Part shown: one piece after another, positions 53,593 through 62,797 of the stretch
Numbering within the stretch: the first letter of the stretch is position 1
Layout of the letters: the number at the start of each line of letters is the position of its first letter
DNA from: an uncultured Planctomycetota bacterium
Lineage (GTDB): Bacteria; Planctomycetota; Brocadiia; CAIUPP01
Direction: 5' to 3'
Length of the DNA: 64,000 bases
Assembly (NCBI GenBank): GCA_903901045.1
Contig: CAIUPP010000108.1
Span: forward strand, 3,720 to 67,719
Notes under the pieces: generated by a model
What the model saw: only the letters and a program-made list of their open reading frames with translations
Told to the model about the DNA's origin: nothing
Databases searched by the model: none
Made by a program: the position numbers and the translations under genes

Positions 53593-54999
53593 TTACTGGT
53601 GGGTTGACGTCAAACCCGAAATACGCCTGCCCTCAGCAGGCGGCTTCTCGACATAGATTGACTTCCCGTGCGATTCGCGAAGGCACAGCGCGCAGATGAA
53701 CGCCGCCAACGCAAGGAAGAAGCAACCGATGAAGATCGTCTCGTACGCCGCACGAGGGTAGATGACGGCGGTGGCCGTCCTCTTGGCGCTCGCGCTGAAA
53801 CAATCCATCGCGTACGCGGCGAAGTTCGTGATGACCGCGACCGCCAGGTAGGACGCGCCGTTGAGCACTCCGATGGCTGTGCCCACCGACCCGGATGGGT
53901 TTGACTCCTTCATCAGGACGGAGCAGATCGGCGATCCGATGGTGGACAACCCCAGGACGACGTAGCACAGCAGGAACCAGCCGCGCCCGAGGCCAAACCG
54001 GGCGCACACTTCCAACAGGGCGATGGAGAACAGCGCCAGCCCGACCGCCACGACGATCACCGGCTTGCGGCGGTTCTCCAGCAGGCGTGATACAAACCCT
54101 GCGGACAATACCATGATCATCGTGACGAGCATCATTACGAATGTGAACGTCGCCGACAGGGCGGAACTCATCCCGCAATAGTCCGCCAGGAATTTCTTGC
54201 CGATCGTCGCCTGAACGAGGAAGTAGACGCCGAAGGTGACCGGACCGACGACTAGAAGGAGCCGGGACTGCCTCCCCCCGAGGATCTTCCGGAACTTCAG
54301 GTCCGAAAGCGGGATGCGCCGCTGGCGGATGCGGCGGTTCTTCCGGAAGAGCAGCGCCGCAGCGAGGAACGCCGCCGTGCAAAGGATGCCCGCCGTGAGC
54401 AACGCCATGCGCCAGCCCACTCCGTTCACCAGGCGCTCGAAGGGGAACGTGCCTGCCAGCCCCCCCGAGTATCCCAGGAAGAGCGTCACGCCGAGAAAGA
54501 TGGCGAAGTGCTTCTCGCCGAAGAGGCTGTCCAATGCCTTGACGATACTCAGGTAGATCAGCCCCGCGCCGAGTCCGACGAGGGCGCGCGTTGCGTAGAG
54601 CATCCCCAGCGAAGGCGAGAGCGGGAACAGCACCGAGCCGACGCTCATGATCAGGCCGCCGGCCAGGAGGACTTTCACCGACCCGAACCGGTCGCTCAGG
54701 ACCCCCGCAAGCAGCGCGGTGCCGCCGTAGATGTAGAGGTAGAGCGCGGCAAGCCAGGCCACCGCTCCTGCGGAGGTATGGAATGAGCTTTGCAGTTCGT
54801 CGAAGATCGTTCCCGGGACCGCTATTCGCTGGAAGTAGGCGAAGAAGTAGAGGGCGGACATGCTGACCAGGATCAGCATCTCCGTCCGGTTGCGGCGAAG
54901 ATACTCCGCCACCGCGCCCCCCGCCGGGTCGGGTGCCGGGATTTCAGCAGGAGGAGCTTCACGTCCGGTTGGAGCAGGTGGCACGGGGATCTGTCTCAT
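53593..54999 (-). CDS. MFS transporter
   Basis: About 12 TM segments. 4-nt overlap with the upstream gene. Confidence 0.8.
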   Translation of the reverse strand: MRQIPVPPAPTGREAPPAEIPAPDPAGGAVAEYLRRNRTEMLILVSMSALYFFAYFQRIAVPGTIFDELQSSFHTSAGAVAWLAALYLYIYGGTALLAGVLSDRFGSVKVLLAGGLIMSVGSVLFPLSPSLGMLYATRALVGLGAGLIYLSIVKALDSLFGEKHFAIFLGVTLFLGYSGGLAGTFPFERLVNGVGWRMALLTAGILCTAAFLAAALLFRKNRRIRQRRIPLSDLKFRKILGGRQSRLLLVVGPVTFGVYFLVQATIGKKFLADYCGMSSALSATFTFVMMLVTMIMVLSAGFVSRLLENRRKPVIVVAVGLALFSIALLEVCARFGLGRGWFLLCYVVLGLSTIGSPICSVLMKESNPSGSVGTAIGVLNGASYLAVAVITNFAAYAMDCFSASAKRTATAVIYPRAAYETIFIGCFFLALAAFICALCLRESHGKSIYVEKPPAEGRRISGLTSTHQ

Positions 55000-56378
55000 G
55001 CGCGCCGCTGTGTCCGGCGTGGTTTCGCGGCCCGGGCCCCGATGCGGCGGGAGCCCGTCCCGGACGCAGGCGATTGTCGCCCCGGGACGGCCACAACGGC
55101 TTCGGCCAGCAACTTCTCCAACCCCGGCAGCAGCGGCCCCGTCCAGGGCTGGAACAGGTAGGAGGTCGTTTCATACCCCCCGCGCTTCATCTCCGCCGAG
55201 TCGGGCGCATAGCACAGGGCGCCGTTGGTGTACCCCAGGAGAATGGCGCGGCGCGGCGGCGCGATGGCGGATTCCACGTAAGCCCCCAGCGCCAGCAACG
55301 GCTCGACGTTGAGGCCGATCAGGGCGAACTCGCGGCTCAGCCAGAGCGTCTGAACATGAAGGTCTGCATGATCGGGGACTTCCTTGCCTGATTCGATCAA
55401 TCGCAGGCATTCCTGGGCGTAGAGCCGTTCATACCTGTTGTCGCTCTGAAGCAACGGCTTGAGTTGCGCTGCCTGCGTGTACCGCTTCCGGCAAGGGGCG
55501 CAGACTGTGTTGATCTTCCCCTGGAGTATGAGGTCGCTGATCTGCAATTGCTTCCCGGAGGTGAGAATCGCGAGCGATTCGGCAAGGAGTTCTCGGCCGA
55601 TCGGTTCCAGTTCGGCGTGGTTGAGTTCCCGCCAGCGGTCGCCGTTTGCCGCGTGTCGCGGGCGAGTGTCCGCGCCAGATCCCTGCAGGAAGAAGGGGAT
55701 GACCTTTGGCCCGAAGGCGCGCGACATCTCCGCGCGCCATGCGCCGACGAAGTCGGCGGTGATCAAGTGCTGCGCCCCCGTCGCGACCGGGTGGCAGGAG
55801 AGCCGCATGCCGATCGCCGCGATCTCCCCGGCCTTGTTCCGGATGGTCAGCGTTTGCATTCTGCCGTCAATCGGCCCGTCCGGGCGCGGCGCGTTGACGA
55901 CTTCCCCGTTCCGCTCCAACCGGCGGTTCATGGGGAAGCCCGTCTTTCCTTCGGCGAACCAGAGGGTGCCTTCGAACAGGGACCCCGCCGCCTCGTGCGC
56001 CGCTTCCGCGACCTGGTCGAACAGCCACGCCTTGTAGCGCTTGGCCGACTCAATGTCCTGCGTGAAGCTATCGAAGATGCTCCGGTCAACGATGTGAGGT
56101 CCGCCGTGCGTGTGGGAGGCGTTCAGAAGGACATTCTCTTCCGGGCAACCGACGATCCTGGCGAGCCGCTTGTGCAGGGAGGGGGGGCTTGCATAGTCGG
56201 TGAAGCCGATGAGGTCCGCCGCGCCGATCAGCGCCCGCCGCGGCCCCTCCTCGATCACGATGGCCGTAAACGTCAGGGGATCGTGTACGCCGTCAAAATG
56301 GTCCTGTCTTGCGCCATACCCCCCCATCGTCGTGCGGAACGGCGGGGTGATGTTCCGGCAAGCCAATCCGATGCGCAT
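54996..56378 (-). CDS. neutral/alkaline-ceramidase-like hydrolase family protein
   Basis: RNITPPFRTTMGGYG...NASHTHGGP. Same pattern as 37604-38950. Confidence 0.6.
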   Translation of the reverse strand: MRIGLACRNITPPFRTTMGGYGARQDHFDGVHDPLTFTAIVIEEGPRRALIGAADLIGFTDYASPPSLHKRLARIVGCPEENVLLNASHTHGGPHIVDRSIFDSFTQDIESAKRYKAWLFDQVAEAAHEAAGSLFEGTLWFAEGKTGFPMNRRLERNGEVVNAPRPDGPIDGRMQTLTIRNKAGEIAAIGMRLSCHPVATGAQHLITADFVGAWRAEMSRAFGPKVIPFFLQGSGADTRPRHAANGDRWRELNHAELEPIGRELLAESLAILTSGKQLQISDLILQGKINTVCAPCRKRYTQAAQLKPLLQSDNRYERLYAQECLRLIESGKEVPDHADLHVQTLWLSREFALIGLNVEPLLALGAYVESAIAPPRRAILLGYTNGALCYAPDSAEMKRGGYETTSYLFQPWTGPLLPGLEKLLAEAVVAVPGRQSPASGTGSRRIGARAAKPRRTQRRA

Positions 56379-56438
56379 GGGGCCTCCTTTTAATGAACGG
56401 GGAGCGCGATGGGCGCGCGGGGCAGGCGGACCGCATCC

Positions 56439-57611
56439 TCATGGGTGCGGTTCCAGCAGAGGCCCCACGCTGCGCCTCAGCAGTAGGCGCGGCTCGAATT
56501 CCCGCCTCTCCGGCGGGCGCCAGCCATTCGTAACCTGATCGATGAGCATCTCCGCAGCGCCCGCCCCCAACTCGTACGCCGGCTCGCGGAACGTCGTGAG
56601 CACGGGGTCCGCGGCCCAATCCCCCAACGCGCCGAATCCGATGATTGAAACGTCGCGCCCGACCACGCGTCCCGCTTCAGTCGCCGCCTGGCATGCTCCC
56701 CCCGCGTGCTCGTCGCGGGCGCAAACGATGCCCGTGGGAGGCTCCGCCCTCTTGAAGAACTCCCGCGCGAGGATGTATGCTGGAAAAGAATCCGTCTTGA
56801 TGCAGATCGCAACCAAACCTTCGTCCACTACGAGGCCCGCTCTCGCCATCCCCTGGCGGAATCCATCCAGCGTCTTGGCGTAGAAGTTGTACTGCGGATC
56901 CGTCCCGATATAGGCGATGCGCTTGTGCCCCATGGACGCCAGAATGTTCACCGCCTCCATCGTCGTCTTGCGATGGTCCACCCAGGTGGAGCATGTCTCC
57001 ACATCCGGCTGTTCCAGGTTCGCCACCACCACGGGCACCCTGCGGGATTGGATGCTCAGGATCTCCTCTATCGCATCCGTCCCCTCAATGAAGAGAAACG
57101 CGCCGAACCGGCCCACCAGGGAGGGTACATCCTTTACGGCAACGGAGCGCTCGCTTCGCGGGGAGAGCAAGTCCCCCTCTGTAATCAGGGGAACCAGGGT
57201 GAACCGATAGGCATTCCTGCTCAGGGTATCCTGGATTCCCTCGAAGATCACCTGCCCCTCTTCCGACAGGCTCGCGCGTCCGGCAACGTTGTAGAGGACC
57301 GCAAGTTCCGGTCGCGCAGGGGGATCCCTCTGCGGCAGGACCAGAGCGCTGCGCCCCGGCGCCCTCATCACCACCCCGTCCTTGGCCAATAGGTTGATCG
57401 CCGCGGAAATAGTAGGTCGGCTGTACCCGCACTCCTCGGCCAGCTTTCTTTCCGGTGGCAGGTATGAATTGACCGGGAATATCCCCTCCTTGATGCGCCG
57501 TCGGATATCCTCGGCGACTGTTTCGCACGCACGCGACCTGCGCCCTCGTTTTTCAAGCACTTTAGTAATTCTCTTTGGTAACAGATATAACCATCGGCCA
57601 ACTGGCAGCAA
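56439..57611 (-). CDS. GntR-type HTH regulator fused to a LacI/periplasmic-binding-type sugar-sensor domain
   Basis: ERKLAEECGYSRPTISAAINLLAKDGVV, then a PBP-like domain. Confidence 0.8.
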   Translation of the reverse strand: MLPVGRWLYLLPKRITKVLEKRGRRSRACETVAEDIRRRIKEGIFPVNSYLPPERKLAEECGYSRPTISAAINLLAKDGVVMRAPGRSALVLPQRDPPARPELAVLYNVAGRASLSEEGQVIFEGIQDTLSRNAYRFTLVPLITEGDLLSPRSERSVAVKDVPSLVGRFGAFLFIEGTDAIEEILSIQSRRVPVVVANLEQPDVETCSTWVDHRKTTMEAVNILASMGHKRIAYIGTDPQYNFYAKTLDGFRQGMARAGLVVDEGLVAICIKTDSFPAYILAREFFKRAEPPTGIVCARDEHAGGACQAATEAGRVVGRDVSIIGFGALGDWAADPVLTTFREPAYELGAGAAEMLIDQVTNGWRPPERREFEPRLLLRRSVGPLLEPHP

Positions 57612-57674
57612 TATTATCTGATGGGCCAGTATTTGTCAAGGAACAATACGTGGAAAATTATGCTGTATGCCATC

Positions 57675-57703
57675 TTGACATTGGGCTATTTATGCGATAT
57701 TAT
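57675..57703 (+). promoter_or_regulatory. sigma70-type promoter TTGACA-N17-TATTAT
   Basis: -35 box at 57675-57680 and -10 box at 57698-57703. Leaves a ~150-nt leader before ATG 57859. Confidence 0.5.
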
Positions 57704-57858
57704 CCAGTGGAGAATTATGGTTAGCCTACGATTGCCGATGGTAAAGCAACACTTGGGAGGAGGTGAACGGCACCAAGGATTGTCGCTGCTTTTCCTGTGT
57801 AGCTTCCGGAGAAGTCTTTGGCTACGGTTGTCAGCAAGGTTCAAAGGAGGTTCATGAG

Positions 57859-59115
57859 ATGAGATCCTTCAAGAGATGGGTGAGCGCCTTTACGCTGATT
57901 GAGTTGCTTGTGGTGATCGCGATCATAGCAATCCTCGCCGGGATGCTGCTGCCCGCCTTGGCGGCCGCGCGCGAGAAAGCTCGCCGCGCATCCTGCATGA
58001 ACAACCTCAACCAGTTTGGCAAGGCGCTCCAGAGCTACTGCGGCGACTACGGGGAATACTTCCCTTCCTACACGGCCTACGGAACCTACATCGCAGATTA
58101 CAGCGTTCATGTGGCTGGGCGCTATTACCGCCCGTCCGACATGGGGGCCTACAAAGACGGCAAGGGCGCAACAGTTTATACGAACGTCCTTTGGGATGAG
58201 GGATCTTGGTCGCAGAACAACGGCAGTTACTCCACGGCCGGAAGTTTTCTGACGGACTTCCGCTCGATCTTCCTGGGCAGCAGCAGGAGCGACGACGTGG
58301 GAGGCTTGAACGCTGCCCCGACAGGCACGTTGAATCTGGCGCCCCACGGCCTCGGGTTCCTCACGAGCGCGGGCTACTTGCCCGATGGCGCGGGCTTTTT
58401 CTGCCCCTCCTCGACGAATATGCCTTCCACCCGGATCCGGAGCGTTTTCAACGGTCTCATCAAGTCGAACACGTTCACCAGCATTGTGGACTTGAAGTCG
58501 GCGGGTGGGACGGATGCGCACTCCATAATGTACGGCAATTGGAGCATTGCCTCGTCGCTGGGCTCAGCGGCAAACTCATGGGCAGGCGGAAACTACTGGG
58601 GGCGGGTGGTTCAGTCCAACTACGCGTACCGCCTGATGCCGATGGGCCTGTTCCCGGACGATCCACGCGGGTCATATATCGGCTCCACTGTGCGCGTCGC
58701 CTGGACTTCTCCGGCGGTCACCAAGACGCTTGGGACCCAGGTTGGCCCTCCGCTCTTCAAGACGCAGAAGCAGCTGGCGGGTCGCGCTGTCGTCGCCGAT
58801 TCCTTCGGCAAGAATCTCTCGGAGTTGACGACGGTTGCCGGCAACGGCTTCTATGGCCATCGTGACGGTTACAACGTTCTCTACGGCGATTGGCACACGA
58901 AGTGGTACGGCGATCCGCAGCAGAGCTTCATCTGGTGGGCACAGATCGGAACCGGCGTATCCTCGAAGGCATACGGCTTGGACAACAACATCATTGGCGG
59001 CTACGACTGGATAGGCAATTCCAGTTGGAGCCAGTGGAATCACGGCTCACTGTATGCATGGCACCTGCTTGACGTTGACACGGGCGTGGATGTGGGGGTA
59101 GACGCGACGCATTGA
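57859..59115 (+). CDS. DUF1559-family protein with prepilin-type N-terminal cleavage/methylation signal
   Basis: [25 protein letters not shown]...NNLNQ, a near H-x9-DG motif ([14 protein letters not shown]), and GGAGG 8 nt before the ATG. Confidence 0.9.
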   Translation: MRSFKRWVSAFTLIELLVVIAIIAILAGMLLPALAAAREKARRASCMNNLNQFGKALQSYCGDYGEYFPSYTAYGTYIADYSVHVAGRYYRPSDMGAYKDGKGATVYTNVLWDEGSWSQNNGSYSTAGSFLTDFRSIFLGSSRSDDVGGLNAAPTGTLNLAPHGLGFLTSAGYLPDGAGFFCPSSTNMPSTRIRSVFNGLIKSNTFTSIVDLKSAGGTDAHSIMYGNWSIASSLGSAANSWAGGNYWGRVVQSNYAYRLMPMGLFPDDPRGSYIGSTVRVAWTSPAVTKTLGTQVGPPLFKTQKQLAGRAVVADSFGKNLSELTTVAGNGFYGHRDGYNVLYGDWHTKWYGDPQQSFIWWAQIGTGVSSKAYGLDNNIIGGYDWIGNSSWSQWNHGSLYAWHLLDVDTGVDVGVDATH

Positions 59116-59139
59116 TCACATTGACGGATGCGCTCTGTT

Positions 59140-59171
59140 CCCCGGCGTCGGGCTGCGGCCTGACGCCGGGG
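59140..59171 (+). terminator. GC-rich hairpin (CCCCGGCGTC / GACGCCGGGG, 12-nt loop) after the DUF1559 gene
   Basis: Read directly. Only a short T-containing tail follows. Confidence 0.45.
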
Positions 59172-59313
59172 AATTTGAGTGCGTCTCCCGCTGCAAGGCA
59201 GATGAATTCCCTGTAGCAACCATCCCAGAGCAAATCAACCGGGGGCTGCTGTCTCCACCGCGACGAGTGCGGAGGAAGCGCTTGACGGAAGCCCCGATTG
59301 CCGGAGGAAGTAA

Positions 59314-61401
59314 ATGCGTCGAATCACTGCTGGCTTGTTCCTCCTTCTGCTGTGCCTGCCGTTGTGCGCGTCGGCGGCTGGCGAGGGCCGGCCCCTGCCC
59401 GCCGCCTCCCTTCAAGGAGATGGTTTCAGGATACTGGTCACCCCATGCGGCGCGTTGCAGATTCAGAAAGGAGAGGAACTTTTCAGCATTGAGAGCTCCT
59501 TCTCCAGTCCCGGAGCAACCATCGGCTTCAACGCACTTTCGGAGCAGCCGGGCAGGAACCAGGACGCATTATGGAAGCCGGCGGTGCGGGCCATGGACAA
59601 GGATAGCGCCGTTATCTCCGCCCGCTGCAACTCCTATACGTTCGAGCGAACCGTGCGCATCGAGGGGGACAAGGCGCGCGTGCTCGACAAATTCACCAAC
59701 CTCTCGCCGGAGGCCGTTGCGATCGGAATGGAGCACGCCCTCTCCACACGCAAGCCGTTCCTCAGTTGCCTGCTGGGAGGCATGCCGGAACAGAGCGCAT
59801 CCAACCGCGCAGAGAACCCCACCCTCTTCGTCGCGGCCGAGGACGCCGCGCTCGGGGTCCTTGCCGTGGACGATGTCTTCCGCCTGCGCCTATCCATCCT
59901 GGCGCAGCCGGCTCGTGCCCTTCTGAAGCAGGATCACTTCGGCATGGACAAGGGGAAGAGCTACACCTTCGAGTGGGCGCTGTATCCGCTGGACCGGAAG
60001 GCGGACTATTGGACGTTCATCAACCGCGTGCGCAAGGATTTGAAGCTCGACTTTGCGATCCAGGGCCCCTGGAGCTTCTTCGACGTGCAGACGAACGCCC
60101 GCCTTGTCAATGACCCGCAGGCATTGAAGGCTTACTTGCAGCGAAAGAAGCTCGGGATTGTCGCACTGACCCCCTGGTTGGATTACGAGAACCTGGACCG
60201 GGCGACCGGCAAGCTCGTAACGCGCGACCAATACAAGCAGATGATGCAGAAAGCAGCGCGAGCGTTCCGCATGGCCGATCCGAACATCCTAGTCACCGGC
60301 TGCATCGAGTCGTTCCCGATGCCTCTGTCGCTTGAAGAGGCGCAGAAACTGTACAGCCGGCTGCCGGAGAAGGCGCAGGGATACCCCGCCGTCACTCCCG
60401 CCATGCTGGAGGGGATTGCGGGAATGGACGCACGGCGGCGTGACTCCCTGATTCAAACCGCCGACGGCAAGATTCTCTCGGAGATTTATCTCCGGGCCCT
60501 GATGAATCCGGACGGCAGCCTGAATTACGAGAAGAAAATCCCGCTGGCGGCCCTCATGGCCTACGCCGCGCCAGGCAATGCGCAGCAGGAATTCCTCCTC
60601 GGGCAGGCCCGCTTCATCATCGAGGAAGTCGGTCTGGACGGCATCTACATCGACTCCTTCAGTTTCGCCTGCGACGGCTATACTGCGGAGCAGCGCTTCA
60701 GTTACCATGGATGGGACGGGACCACCGTGGACGTGGACCCGGCCACCGGGCGCATCGCGAAGAAATACGTGGATGTGGAGTTGGCGGGCGCGCCAGCCAA
60801 AGCGGAGTTGATCAACTACGTCCTGAAGACGGGGAAGGTGTTCGTGGCAAACGGATACAGCCCCACGCGGGAGGCGCAGTCGCTCCCGGCATTTCGCTTC
60901 GAGGAAGCGGAGTGGTGTTTCGAACCGCTGGAGCTCGGCCGCGGGGAGAAGCCGCCGCTCTTCTACCGTATGTGCCAGGGGCACCTGAGCACCCCCATCG
61001 GCCTGGGCTTCCGTCCCGAGCGGCTGAAGAACGGCCAGGAAGCTTACGCCAAAGCCATCATGAAATCCGTCATCACCTACCTGCGCCACGGGGGGCTTTA
61101 TTATCACTACACCACCGACATTCCCTCCGCGGGCCCCGGCGCGGGCGAGTACGGTCCGCTCAATCACATGTACCCGATCACCCCGATGGAACTGCACGAG
61201 GGATACATTGTCGGGAAGGAAAGGATCATCACGGCCGTCTCGGGCACTTACCTCTGGAAGACCCCCGCGAGGCCGAAAGTGCTGCTATTCGATATCACGG
61301 GCCGGCAGATCGATGCCCGAGCGGAGATTCAAGCCGTCGAAGGCGGCTGGTCGGTCAAACTGAACATCGAAGACTGGGAAAGCGTGGCGGTGATCGAGTA
61401 A
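59314..61401 (+). CDS. secreted hypothetical protein (possible glycan-active enzyme), paralogue of 62798->64000
   Basis: Signal peptide MRRITAGLFLLLLCLPLCASA. Blocks shared with the downstream paralogue. Confidence 0.7.
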   Translation: MRRITAGLFLLLLCLPLCASAAGEGRPLPAASLQGDGFRILVTPCGALQIQKGEELFSIESSFSSPGATIGFNALSEQPGRNQDALWKPAVRAMDKDSAVISARCNSYTFERTVRIEGDKARVLDKFTNLSPEAVAIGMEHALSTRKPFLSCLLGGMPEQSASNRAENPTLFVAAEDAALGVLAVDDVFRLRLSILAQPARALLKQDHFGMDKGKSYTFEWALYPLDRKADYWTFINRVRKDLKLDFAIQGPWSFFDVQTNARLVNDPQALKAYLQRKKLGIVALTPWLDYENLDRATGKLVTRDQYKQMMQKAARAFRMADPNILVTGCIESFPMPLSLEEAQKLYSRLPEKAQGYPAVTPAMLEGIAGMDARRRDSLIQTADGKILSEIYLRALMNPDGSLNYEKKIPLAALMAYAAPGNAQQEFLLGQARFIIEEVGLDGIYIDSFSFACDGYTAEQRFSYHGWDGTTVDVDPATGRIAKKYVDVELAGAPAKAELINYVLKTGKVFVANGYSPTREAQSLPAFRFEEAEWCFEPLELGRGEKPPLFYRMCQGHLSTPIGLGFRPERLKNGQEAYAKAIMKSVITYLRHGGLYYHYTTDIPSAGPGAGEYGPLNHMYPITPMELHEGYIVGKERIITAVSGTYLWKTPARPKVLLFDITGRQIDARAEIQAVEGGWSVKLNIEDWESVAVIE

Positions 61402-61449
61402 GCCACCGGCGCATGGTGGAAACCATTCCGTTAATGGGAGAACGAGGTC

Positions 61450-62772
61450 ATGCGAAAACACTGGAGAGGTTGGAAGACGCTGGCAGCGAGCGCGGCATTG
61501 TTCCTCTTCCCGCTACTGGCTGCGGCGGAGTGCACGATTACGGTGACGTCGGACCCGGCCATGCCGGTGGCGAACTTGGTCAAGAACCCCGGCTTTGAGG
61601 AGGGCGTTACGGGATGGGACCAGTTCAGCATGACCGCCGCCGACGGCGTGACCGACGCCGAGGCCCACTCCGGCAAGTTCAGCTTCAAGCTGATCGGCCA
61701 GAAAGGGGTGAACAAGGGAATTCGTCAGGGGCGCATCGGGCCGCAGGAGTTCAATCCCCCCATTCCCGCCGGCACCCCCATCACCGTCAGCGCCTGGTGC
61801 AAAAGCGTCGGCATGAACCCCGACGGCGGCGCGTGCAGCCTCAGCGGAACCATCTCGTACGTCGATGGCACCGACAGCTACATCACCACCCCCGTCTTCC
61901 CCAAGGTGGCGCACGATTGGATCAAACAGACTGCCTGCTACGTCCCGAAAAAGGATGTGAAGTGGATCGACCAGCTCTATGGCGCGCTCTATTATGACCA
62001 GGCAGGCCAAGCCTGGTTCGACGACCTCTTCATGGCGGTCGGCAAGCTCAAACTCGCCTACAAGGTCGCCTGCCCGAACATCAAGTCCGTCCGGCTGTAC
62101 AGCGAAGAGCGGGGGCTCCTCAAGGACTCCGGCCTGCTCGCCAAGGGAACCAATGCCGCAGAAGGCTCCATCGAAAGCCCGATCCTGTTGGACCATTTCA
62201 TCGTGCAGGTCGAGGACGCCGACGGCAATGTGTATCGGGAGCGCTATCCGAAGGAGGAGCCGGCGTTCGCCAAGGCGGCGGAAGGAGAAACTCCCCTCTT
62301 CGATCGCTTCCCCCGCGAGATACTGGCTGCCGGCACGACCGAGAGCTATGCCGCCACACTGCCTGCGATTCCCGCCGGCAAAAGCGTGACGCTTGAACTG
62401 AAGGCGCGCGCCGATTCGGAAAATATCGCCGGCTGCGCCCCTGTCCTGCAGATGCAGCTGAACGGGAAAGACGTCACGCTGGACAAGCTGGTCGAGCGGA
62501 AGGCGCGCTTCACCTTCGCCGACGGCCGGGACAATCCGGTCGCGCAGGGCATCAAGGTCTTCTATCTCTATTACGCCCCGAACTTTTTCCCCATCGACCC
62601 CCAGAATCCGTACTTCCCCACCGACATCCCGCGCAACGATCCCTATACTTTCAAATTCAACGTGACCGCCCTGGCGAAGGAAGGGAAGAACCTCTTCACG
62701 CTCCAGAACGCCGGCGTGGCGGGGAAGGGATCCGCCATGATTGTCGAGGGTGCGAAATTGGTCATTCGGTAA
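61450..62772 (+). CDS. secreted protein with CBM4_9-like N-terminal carbohydrate-binding module
   Basis: Signal peptide. NLVKNPGFEEGVTGWDQF...AHSGKFSFKL. Confidence 0.65.
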   Translation: MRKHWRGWKTLAASAALFLFPLLAAAECTITVTSDPAMPVANLVKNPGFEEGVTGWDQFSMTAADGVTDAEAHSGKFSFKLIGQKGVNKGIRQGRIGPQEFNPPIPAGTPITVSAWCKSVGMNPDGGACSLSGTISYVDGTDSYITTPVFPKVAHDWIKQTACYVPKKDVKWIDQLYGALYYDQAGQAWFDDLFMAVGKLKLAYKVACPNIKSVRLYSEERGLLKDSGLLAKGTNAAEGSIESPILLDHFIVQVEDADGNVYRERYPKEEPAFAKAAEGETPLFDRFPREILAAGTTESYAATLPAIPAGKSVTLELKARADSENIAGCAPVLQMQLNGKDVTLDKLVERKARFTFADGRDNPVAQGIKVFYLYYAPNFFPIDPQNPYFPTDIPRNDPYTFKFNVTALAKEGKNLFTLQNAGVAGKGSAMIVEGAKLVIR

Positions 62773-62797
62773 CATAAGGTAACCAAGTGAGGCCACT